Of a stretch of DNA of 64,000 nt, positions 1 through 8,115 are shown piece after piece; within the stretch, counting starts at the first letter, position 1, and each line of letters starts with the position of its first letter. This DNA is from an uncultured Acinetobacter sp. (GTDB lineage: Bacteria > Pseudomonadota > Gammaproteobacteria > Pseudomonadales > Moraxellaceae), in NCBI RefSeq assembly GCF_947626835.1, contig NZ_CANQTS010000008.1, positions 1,039 through 65,038 of the forward strand, given 5' to 3'. The notes under the pieces are model-generated. The model was not told the DNA's origin and did no database searches. It was given only the letters and a program-made list of their open reading frames with translations. Position numbers and translations under genes: made by a program.

Positions 1-1019
1 GGCTGTTTCTCAAAAATATATTTATCACCGTATGAATAGGATTTTCCTCTATAGAATGTCTTACTTACTATCTCATCAAGCAGGGGTTTAAATGGTGCAA
101 TAACACTTTTAGTCTTTCCACTTCTTGTCACATAAAGTTTATCATCATACGGATAAAAAACCTTTCCAGTCATATAAGATTGAATTTCTTCAATATATAT
201 ATCTAAAAAGCTAGTTTCCGGACTAACACAAGTATAATCACCGTAATCAAATGACACGTTTTTTTCTTTTAATTTCTTAAATACTGTAACTTCCTTTCTA
301 TCAATAACCTTATTTTTTTTTGTTTCAATAAGTTCAGTTATAACTTTAGGAATAGTTGACCCCGATACTATAATTCTTTCAAATTTACCTAAATCTAGAT
401 TATCTAGAAAGTCTATGACCTGCTTGCTAGATGTCTCGATATCTTCTACGACCCTTAAGTCAAAAATAAGAATAATCTTTTCAAAGGCAGCCTCAAGATT
501 TGCTAGGCAATCTTCAAACTCATACTCAATGAACTCATAATCCTCAAAGGCCGACTCAGTCAATCGAATAGCAACCTTATCCTTTAAAAATACGCCTGCT
601 TTTGCACTAGCTATAACACAATTTAAATGCTCTGGTACTCGATCATCAACACCACATACAGGTATCATTCCGAGAGGCGCAAACTCATCTATAATTGTTT
701 TATAATTATATGTTTTACCATCAATTTTAACTAAAGGATCTATATCATAATTATCAATAAAAATATCATCCAAAAAATTAAGCTTAGTAGTCAGATATTT
801 TTTTTGAGCTTCAATTTTCTTTTTTAATGCCTCAGTTTTAAATCCAAGTAACTCTTCAGGAGAAAAAGAATTAACACCGTCATTATGCGACTTTGAAGGA
901 AGTTCATTAGGTAAGTCAAAAAATACACTTAGACCTACTTTAAGATCATCATCTAAGTAATTTAAAGCATAAACCTCATTCATTTTAAATTTTAAAAATG
1001 GAATATATTTAGAGTTCAT
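1..1019 (-). CDS. Beta-family protein (phage P4 beta / PF14350-like), 3'-truncated by the window edge, at least 339 aa
   Basis: Translated by hand: open from ATG at 1019 to base 3 with no stop. MNSKYIPFLKFKMNEVYALNYL..IPVCGVDDR..VAIRL..ILIFDLR..IIVSGSTIP..IDRKE..YGDYTCVSP..KVFYPYDDKLYVTR..FYRGKSYSYGDKYI matches the Beta-family motif order (YxPxLKxKxxExxAL, GDY, SxGDxxI) as recalled. Start overlaps the upstream stop by 11 nt. Not in the ORF track. Confidence 0.75.
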   Translation of the reverse strand, partial: MNSKYIPFLKFKMNEVYALNYLDDDLKVGLSVFFDLPNELPSKSHNDGVNSFSPEELLGFKTEALKKKIEAQKKYLTTKLNFLDDIFIDNYDIDPLVKIDGKTYNYKTIIDEFAPLGMIPVCGVDDRVPEHLNCVIASAKAGVFLKDKVAIRLTESAFEDYEFIEYEFEDCLANLEAAFEKIILIFDLRVVEDIETSSKQVIDFLDNLDLGKFERIIVSGSTIPKVITELIETKKNKVIDRKEVTVFKKLKEKNVSFDYGDYTCVSPETSFLDIYIEEIQSYMTGKVFYPYDDKLYVTRSGKTKSVIAPFKPLLDEIVSKTFYRGKSYSYGDKYIFEKQ

Positions 1020-1836
1020 AGTTAATTTTATATTCCGCTCTTAATTTTGAGTAACTGGCCCAATCATTATTTTCAAACGATAGCCTCCCTGCAATAATAC
1101 TTGGATGAACTTCGAATAGCTTCGAATAACTAGCCAAGTCTTCTAAATTTCTTGTGGTTTTAATAGTTCTCCAAATTGCATTTGGGATCATTACTTCCCT
1201 CGCAAGTTTATTTGCTTGCTTCTCTAATTTATTTATATCTACATCGGAACTTTCTTCAAAATAGTCGACAATAGGTTCATTAAGTTCTTCAAAGTGTAAT
1301 ACGATATGGGACAATTCATGAAGTAACGTAAACCAAAAACTATCTAAATTTTTTAGTCTTAAAGACATAGCAACAACAGGCTTTTCATTAACTTTTAAAG
1401 AGACACCGTCTACTTTCGTACCTTCTTTAGCCATTTCGAAAATTAGGTATATACCTTGTTCTAAAAGAAAATTTTGTATGGCTATCAAATTGGTTTCTTT
1501 GATAAATTTATCAAAGAATACTCGAAGAAAATCTCTGTTTATACCAGTATAAGATTTATCCAAAAAACCATCTAAAAATTTAGCTTTACCACTTACAGTA
1601 GACACCCAAAAATCAATTAAATATTGATCAGCTGAATCTGTTTTCTTAAATAAACTTTTAGTGGGACTATTACGATATATATTAAAAAAGTTATGATAAT
1701 TTTCATTGTTAATACCTATTTTCTTTTTAACATTATCAGGCATTTGCAAATAATATGAATGAAATACATCAAATTCATTAAAGATTGCAACACTATTAGT
1801 TGAATAACAACCTATTGATTCTATTTCCAAACTCAT
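1009..1836 (-). CDS. ImmA/IrrE-family Zn metallopeptidase lacking an N-terminal HTH
   Basis: FWFTLLHELSHIVLH (HExxH), downstream EKQANKLA (third-ligand ExxAN motif), KVDGVS..PVVAMSLR typical of HigA-associated peptidase domains. ATGA overlap with the GNAT stop. Confidence 0.85.
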   Translation of the reverse strand: MSLEIESIGCYSTNSVAIFNEFDVFHSYYLQMPDNVKKKIGINNENYHNFFNIYRNSPTKSLFKKTDSADQYLIDFWVSTVSGKAKFLDGFLDKSYTGINRDFLRVFFDKFIKETNLIAIQNFLLEQGIYLIFEMAKEGTKVDGVSLKVNEKPVVAMSLRLKNLDSFWFTLLHELSHIVLHFEELNEPIVDYFEESSDVDINKLEKQANKLAREVMIPNAIWRTIKTTRNLEDLASYSKLFEVHPSIIAGRLSFENNDWASYSKLRAEYKINYEL

Positions 1837-2513
1837 GCTACTGCTCCAATAATACTTGAAACTTCATGCTCTGGTAATTCAAAATACTTTAATGAAGGTT
1901 TATCATTACTTTCAACATGTTGCATCTTTAATTTATTAATATAATAACCTTCAGCTTGCGTTAGCGAATGTAATGAAAAACGTCCAGAATTTTTATATTT
2001 ATTTGCAAGATAAGTAATTGCTTTTAATAGCAATAATCTTCCTAGACCCTTATTTCGTTGATCTTCGATAGGAGTATAACGATTCCATGGAGCAACAGCT
2101 AAATACTCCACATAGAAAATATTTTCTGAAGGGTTCAAATAACTATCTTTAGGAAAATAAATTAAGCATGCAGCTTCTACTTTTGAGTCAATTCTAAGAT
2201 AGAACCATTCATTACAATCATCAGTTTTCAAATTATAAGTTTTATTTAACCATTTCCAATGCCAATCCTGCGAATCAATTTTTTTTGCTAGTTCAATCGC
2301 TTCTTCTTCAGGTAAGGTTTTTAGATAAGCCATAACTTGTGCATGATATAGCTTCCACTCCTGATCACAGTACAGGGATTTTTCAAAACTGTATCCGTTA
2401 GAAATTTCTAATAATTGTCCAGTCGGCAAAAATTCTGAATGAATAATTTGCTCATTAGGTGATTGAATTAGAATTCCATAACTCTTCAACTGATCTAAAA
2501 TAGACTGTCCCAT
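1833..2513 (-). CDS. GNAT-family N-acetyltransferase
   Basis: YVEYLAVAPWNR..QRNKGLGRLLL contains acetyl-CoA motif A (R-x-x-G-x-G); SLHSLTQAEGYY is motif B-like. GGGGTG Shine-Dalgarno before the ATG. Confidence 0.8.
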   Translation of the reverse strand: MGQSILDQLKSYGILIQSPNEQIIHSEFLPTGQLLEISNGYSFEKSLYCDQEWKLYHAQVMAYLKTLPEEEAIELAKKIDSQDWHWKWLNKTYNLKTDDCNEWFYLRIDSKVEAACLIYFPKDSYLNPSENIFYVEYLAVAPWNRYTPIEDQRNKGLGRLLLLKAITYLANKYKNSGRFSLHSLTQAEGYYINKLKMQHVESNDKPSLKYFELPEHEVSSIIGAVA

Positions 2514-2532
2514 ATCACCCCCATTTTTTTAC

Positions 2533-2541
2533 ATTATAACA
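2533..2541 (-). promoter_or_regulatory. Extended -10 promoter (TGtTATAAT) for the GNAT-peptidase-Beta operon
   Basis: Perfect TGnTATAAT on the minus strand, 19 nt upstream of the GNAT ATG; no good -35. Confidence 0.55.
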
Positions 2542-2630
2542 AATAAAATCAAATACTAAGGCATAATATACTTATACTAGCTTATACTTTAAAAAAATAA
2601 AACATTGTTATCTATGAGATATCTTAAATA

Positions 2631-3992
2631 ATGACTTCAAAAAACACACGCCAACTTCACCATTTGATTAAAGATGGCCTTGATGAAAACGAACTTAAGG
2701 CACACCTTCAAGCTATCGAAGAGCTGTTTGGTAAAGAATACCTAAATTCTTCAATTGCTAAAGGTGAATTACCTATTCTTTGGAAGCGTTTGGATTTTAT
2801 ATGCACTAATGAATTAATCACGCTAGGTATGGCAATATCTAACTTAAAGGCGAAAAAAAATCCTCAAATTGATGAGTGGTTAATTTCAACGGCTAAAGCT
2901 GTAAAAAAACATTCAAAAAATAAAGGGCGATCAAATGGCTTCATTCGAGAAATTATTTATTGTGGATCAATTTGTGATTCAATTGGTGAAGTTTATCCTG
3001 CAAAAAAGGCTCAACAAGGCTATGACTTAGAGATCAAAACGACAAATGTTGATTTTGTAACGTCTTTAAAAAAATTTGGTAAATCAGACAATCATAAAGA
3101 GTTTGAAACTTTTTGTAATCAATTAGCTAATGTAGTAAAGCATAAGGCTACATACTTCAAAAAAAATGTTCATGTATGTATTATTTTAAGCCAAAAATTA
3201 GATGAAGAATTATTTCAACGTCTTAAAAAAGTAATTTCCAATGCAAAAGATATTGATAATATTGAATATTATGAAAATGGCATTTTAATAATGTTTTCTC
3301 GACCCTTAACTATTGAAGACCTAAGCCTTAATAGTGCAAGTTGGCAAATAAACGTCTTATCACCTGAGAGTAAAAATGAACAGGATAGATTTCTAAAAAA
3401 AATCATTCAAGAAATTTCCAATATGAAAATAACGTTGGATGCTTCATTAAATCATAACTCATTACGCACACTTCATGTAAATGTTAATGAGAACTGTGAC
3501 ATGGATTCTTTACAAGAAAAATTAGTACGCCATTACAAAGGCCACGATGATATAGGTGTGGATATTGTTATGATCCATAAATCAGCAATATGTGAAAGTA
3601 AATCGTCGAACAAGTTGAAAGACATTGAAAAAGCTATCTACCATGATATAAGACCAATTAATTTTGAAAAGAATTTATCAAAAAGAATGCTGCATTTTAT
3701 AAATACAACAGATATCTCCTCAGCTCCTTTGAAAATGAATTGTGGAATCGGTATGTTAGCAAAAATACCATCTGGTACTTTTGCTGGAATAGATACAATT
3801 AATAAATATAACTTTCAAAAGGGTATATATTATTTTGATATGAAAAGGCAAAAAGATGGCAGTTGGTATGCTGACTTAATTTCTGTTACTCCCAAAGGTA
3901 TTCAATGCGAAATACTCCTACCCAAAAATTTAAGTTCATCAATCATAGGGAGTAAAATTACTCCTCCCCATGATGATTTATTAATTGTCTAA
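2631..3992 (+). CDS. Hypothetical 453-aa island cargo protein, possible PD-(D/E)xK nuclease fold
   Basis: Long ORF with AT-rich codon use. Helix-E (GFIREII), GYDLEI and SLK in a spacing compatible with a restriction-endonuclease-like active site (inference). Confidence 0.6.
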   Translation: MTSKNTRQLHHLIKDGLDENELKAHLQAIEELFGKEYLNSSIAKGELPILWKRLDFICTNELITLGMAISNLKAKKNPQIDEWLISTAKAVKKHSKNKGRSNGFIREIIYCGSICDSIGEVYPAKKAQQGYDLEIKTTNVDFVTSLKKFGKSDNHKEFETFCNQLANVVKHKATYFKKNVHVCIILSQKLDEELFQRLKKVISNAKDIDNIEYYENGILIMFSRPLTIEDLSLNSASWQINVLSPESKNEQDRFLKKIIQEISNMKITLDASLNHNSLRTLHVNVNENCDMDSLQEKLVRHYKGHDDIGVDIVMIHKSAICESKSSNKLKDIEKAIYHDIRPINFEKNLSKRMLHFINTTDISSAPLKMNCGIGMLAKIPSGTFAGIDTINKYNFQKGIYYFDMKRQKDGSWYADLISVTPKGIQCEILLPKNLSSSIIGSKITPPHDDLLIV

Positions 3993-4409
3993 GTTTTTCT
4001 TAAGTAATGGTCTATCTAGTGTTGCCAAATTCACATTAGGCATTTGAGATAGATTATATTGCCATCGTCTGTACTGGTCTGCCCATAAACTTTCTTTTTC
4101 TTCAAGTAGCTTTTTCAAATGTGAAATTTGGCTTCTTAATTCTTCATTCTCTTTGATCAGCATATCAATAGTTACATCGCCCATTGAGGCTATAACAGTC
4201 GATTTTGCCTCTCTAAGCGTCTTTTTTCGAAGATTAAAAGCCTGTTTTACAGACTCATAGCTCATTAAGGTAAATTTAGAAATAGAGGGTTTATCTAATG
4301 CTCTAGCTACTGACACTGCAAAAAGATCCCAAGTTAGCTTACCGGACCATTTATTCAAAATACTCTCAATAATTTTCATTTCTTTGACGTCAATGAATTT
4401 ATGTTTCAT
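3981..4409 (-). CDS. Small accessory recombination protein, GinD-like (helical N-terminus plus coiled coil)
   Basis: Last gene of the coupled recombinase operon (ATGA overlap). Heptad segment LIKENEELRSQISHLKKLL. 142 aa. Confidence 0.65.
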   Translation of the reverse strand: MKHKFIDVKEMKIIESILNKWSGKLTWDLFAVSVARALDKPSISKFTLMSYESVKQAFNLRKKTLREAKSTVIASMGDVTIDMLIKENEELRSQISHLKKLLEEKESLWADQYRRWQYNLSQMPNVNLATLDRPLLKKNLDN

Positions 4410-6565
4410 AAGTCACCTTGCAATAATGCTAAGAATGAATTTTTTGACTCATTCACTATCTGTTCAGACATTGGATTCTTTTCATCTACTTTATTAATTA
4501 AATTCTGTTCACCTAATGCAATTTTTGTCAGGCTAACGTCTAACTCTTCTGGAATACGAAGTACTAGTCCATCAGGTAATTTATCATCTTCTAGATATTT
4601 CAATAATGTCTTAATAATAGCGAGTTTTTTACCATGGTAAATTAACCAAGTATTTGCACCATGAAAGCCTTCTTGCATAGCGACAGCAGCTCGATTCAGT
4701 TCATTTTGCACAACATCTTCTAGCTGCTTGAGATGTTCAACATTTTTCGGCAATCCTTTTACACATGCATGCTCTTTACAACTGATACATTCACCTGCTT
4801 TAGTACAGGGTGTCATTGTCCAGTCATGCTCACAGTATCCATAACCTGAGACTTGTACTGTACCTATTCGATCTTTACGCCCCAGCATTTCAAATGTCAC
4901 AGGTACATTAACTTTGACAGCTTCCAAAGCGGTTGTGCCATCCAAACTTTCTAATCCGAGTTCTAAAAGTTTTCTAGATTCAGCTTTAAACTCACTCATT
5001 GGTCGCAAATCATAAGCACGATTATCTTCAATTCTTGAACGTCCAGCAAACATAGCTAGATCCAGAGAATCCATCTCACCACGCTCTGCCATCGTGGATA
5101 GCCAAACTCTAATTTGATGGGAGGAAATAACTATCTCACCTCCATCTTCATTTTTAATACCTAATTCACTGAATAGAGAGTGTGTACCAGGTAATCTCTG
5201 ATGTATTGCACCTAATGCATCATTTAGTAAATTTAGATTTGGACATTCAAAACTATACTTTTTGGGTGCAAATTCAATATGAAATTCATTCTCTCGAACC
5301 AAACACAATAGATCACAAATCGGCTTATCAATTTCAGCTATTTGGGGCCAACTTGGGAATTTTTTCTTATATTTTTCAACAGTGAATTGAGCTAAGTCCC
5401 TGTAAGTAACATAACTCTTTGCACCAATGAGATTTGCAACCCATTTTTGTCTATATAGTTTCTTAATAACCTCAGTATTTGTGGATATACTTTCTAAACT
5501 TGTAGAAATATCTACTAAATTGAATGCAGCAGCAAATTCACCAACTGTAAGTGGTGCATCTTCATCGTGTTCCTTAGATGTTATACAGCCATCATGCCGA
5601 TAAAATTGACTGGATTTCTCAATAGCCCATTTTGCAGCTTTTCTTGCAGGCTCTCCAATCATAATTAGTCGCTTAACAGCTTCCTTAACTGTAGGTGCTA
5701 TTAACGGATGAACAGGCTTGGAAATAAGACCCCCACCTTTTTCAGCCTTCCATCGAATATAAAGAATTGTTGTTTCTTTATCCTCAAGCTGCTGAGTTTC
5801 CTCATTTCTTACTTTTTCACTATGAGTTTCTTCAAACAAACAATCTACTGTTAAAAAACTTAACTCCCCACCACGACTAGGAGCACACATCAGTAAGACA
5901 GCTTGAGCTGAATAAAATTTTTGATAAGCTGTTGTTGCTAATCTGAATGCATCAGCTAATGCTGTAATTTCAAAACTTGTTAATAGCCTATCTTTTTGCC
6001 ATTTTCTATCTTCTTCTGATGTTCCTTGTGCTTTATTTCCAGGCCGTTTCCACGGATTTGTCCATACAGGAATAGTTATATTAATTTTAAGAAGTCGCAA
6101 ATCTTCTAAAAATTTTTCCAACATTTGTCCATAACGGTATCTTGAAGATTCAGAACTCCGTTCATAAATCATCTCAGTAATCTTTCTTAATACAATCCCA
6201 TCAAGTAGTAAAACATCTGCCTTAGAGTAAACAAAGAGTAGTGCATCATGACAAGTCTTTAATACCATCATCATGTTACCGGGATTTGTTGCATTCCATG
6301 TTTGGCTATCTCTTACATAAGCTTTAGCAAAATCAACAAAAGGGGGTTCCATCGGAGAACCAGTCTTTCTACCTTTTTCCGCTAAACCAGTAAATTCCAT
6401 AGATTGAGCACGACCATTAGCTAAATAATGCTTCCAATTTGAGCTACTGAAACCACCTTGATCTTCATAAATAGTTAACTGATTCTTGGCCCGATAAATA
6501 AAATCATTTAAGTTCTTTTGACAATCTAATTCATGTTTGGGGAAAAATGGAATAACTTCACTCAT
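4406..6565 (-). CDS. Large tyrosine recombinase, GinC-like
   Basis: APSRGGEL (Arg I), KAEKGG (Lys), SSHQIR (HxxR), AGRS..RAY (His II replaced by Arg, Tyr kept). C-terminal CEH..C..C..C..C cluster. Confidence 0.85.
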   Translation of the reverse strand: MSEVIPFFPKHELDCQKNLNDFIYRAKNQLTIYEDQGGFSSSNWKHYLANGRAQSMEFTGLAEKGRKTGSPMEPPFVDFAKAYVRDSQTWNATNPGNMMMVLKTCHDALLFVYSKADVLLLDGIVLRKITEMIYERSSESSRYRYGQMLEKFLEDLRLLKINITIPVWTNPWKRPGNKAQGTSEEDRKWQKDRLLTSFEITALADAFRLATTAYQKFYSAQAVLLMCAPSRGGELSFLTVDCLFEETHSEKVRNEETQQLEDKETTILYIRWKAEKGGGLISKPVHPLIAPTVKEAVKRLIMIGEPARKAAKWAIEKSSQFYRHDGCITSKEHDEDAPLTVGEFAAAFNLVDISTSLESISTNTEVIKKLYRQKWVANLIGAKSYVTYRDLAQFTVEKYKKKFPSWPQIAEIDKPICDLLCLVRENEFHIEFAPKKYSFECPNLNLLNDALGAIHQRLPGTHSLFSELGIKNEDGGEIVISSHQIRVWLSTMAERGEMDSLDLAMFAGRSRIEDNRAYDLRPMSEFKAESRKLLELGLESLDGTTALEAVKVNVPVTFEMLGRKDRIGTVQVSGYGYCEHDWTMTPCTKAGECISCKEHACVKGLPKNVEHLKQLEDVVQNELNRAAVAMQEGFHGANTWLIYHGKKLAIIKTLLKYLEDDKLPDGLVLRIPEELDVSLTKIALGEQNLINKVDEKNPMSEQIVNESKNSFLALLQGDL

Positions 6566-8115
6566 GCTCTTATTTCCTGCATTTGAATGCGCTTATCACA
6601 CGCATCTAAAATGGCTTTTACACGAGATAATTGTAAGTCATAAGATTTTATAACTAATTCGCTAGCACCCTCTTTATGTCGCTGTTCAACTTCTTCTAAT
6701 AAATCTAAAAACAATTCATCCCAAGGTGCATAAAGTAAAGGTTGAAATTGATCACATAGCAGACATGCTTTCATACCAGCTTGACATGATGGAGAGCCTC
6801 CACAATTACCAATCTGTTTATTGTCCCCCTTATAAATTCTGCTAGCAATATCTTGTCCTCGTCTAGCTTCTCTCTCATCCTCGATTAGTCGACCTTCAAA
6901 TTTAGTAGCTAGGAAAGTCATAGGATCATTCATGTGCTCAAAGATGCGTAAGGCCAATTCATGGGTATGAGCTGTATAAACTTTCAATTGTTGAGTATCT
7001 GAATGATCCATTAAATATGCCATTTGAACTCCCGTGATTCCATGTCGAACCAAATTTGTTGCACGAGTTCGTCTGCATCGTACTGGAGTAAAGTGAATAT
7101 AATCTGATGTTCTTTCAGAAATAGCGTCACACTTTCTGGATAAACTTGTAGTTAATGTATAAACATCTTTAATTGAAGCATGAAGATAATCAGGTGTCGT
7201 CTTCAATTTTTCTCTAAATAACTCTAATGAATTGACTACTTTCAATCTATTAATATTGAAAAAAATTGGAAGCTCTTTTAAGTCTTCTTCTGTTAATTTT
7301 GGTATGTATTTTCTAGCTGCTTGCTTGTTTTGCTCAGTTAAATTTTTCAAAACCAAGTACATATCTTCACTAATATATATTAATCGTGATTCTCCCCTAA
7401 ACTCACCACCTCTTTGTTTAGCTCTAGGAATTTCAAGCTCGTATTTTAGACCATCAACACCCTTTTTAACTGTTAAATCGACTGCTCTTAATGCTCGAAT
7501 CTGATTTGGTCGGCGAGCCGTAGAATAAATTGTATAGAACCATGCAAACTCTTCTAAACTAATTAATCCGCTTTTAAATGCATTCCCAGCCCATACTAAC
7601 AGTGATTGTTGTTCAGTTAATGTATATGGACCTGTATAAGGACAATGGTGAGTAACAGCCTTTCCTTTAGTATTTCCCGCTAATACAATCTTATCTAAAA
7701 CTTCTTCAACACCAATAGTTAAGCCATTAAATCCCCAAGAGATCCAACTACGTAATAGGGCACGAATAGTTCCTAATTTATATTCATCTTCTTTACTTAA
7801 ACTAGCTTTAATATTCAAAATCAATTCAGGTGTAATAAGTCCACCATCATAAATATCTGTATCTAGGAGGTATCTTCTAAAATAATTCCAACAATTATGC
7901 GTGTAATGAGCTGATACTTCCTCAGCTAATCTTGCAATTGTTAAGCGGAAACCCTTAAGTACTTCAGGATGGATTTTTTTATTTACAATATCCCAGTTTA
8001 TTGTCAAAGAATTATCTAAAGACCACAGAGAATTGAAAAAATCAAATCCATAACCAGCCTTACTTAATCGTGTGTCGAGATAGAATTCAGCAACATCTGA
8101 ATAATCGTGTTTCAT
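6562..8115 (-). CDS. Tyrosine recombinase, GinB-like
   Basis: TARRPNQI (Arg I), PRAKQR (Lys), PVRCRRT (HxxR with His lost), MDHSD..KVY (His II, Tyr). C-terminal C-x5-C-x6-CxxC cluster. Confidence 0.85.
   Translation of the reverse strand: MKHDYSDVAEFYLDTRLSKAGYGFDFFNSLWSLDNSLTINWDIVNKKIHPEVLKGFRLTIARLAEEVSAHYTHNCWNYFRRYLLDTDIYDGGLITPELILNIKASLSKEDEYKLGTIRALLRSWISWGFNGLTIGVEEVLDKIVLAGNTKGKAVTHHCPYTGPYTLTEQQSLLVWAGNAFKSGLISLEEFAWFYTIYSTARRPNQIRALRAVDLTVKKGVDGLKYELEIPRAKQRGGEFRGESRLIYISEDMYLVLKNLTEQNKQAARKYIPKLTEEDLKELPIFFNINRLKVVNSLELFREKLKTTPDYLHASIKDVYTLTTSLSRKCDAISERTSDYIHFTPVRCRRTRATNLVRHGITGVQMAYLMDHSDTQQLKVYTAHTHELALRIFEHMNDPMTFLATKFEGRLIEDEREARRGQDIASRIYKGDNKQIGNCGGSPSCQAGMKACLLCDQFQPLLYAPWDELFLDLLEEVEQRHKEGASELVIKSYDLQLSRVKAILDACDKRIQMQEIRA

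Noticed and set aside
1009-2513. Ordinary HigBA or AtaRT toxin-antitoxin pair
   Set aside because: No HigB/RelE toxin, no HTH on the peptidase, and no RHH antitoxin gene or space for one.
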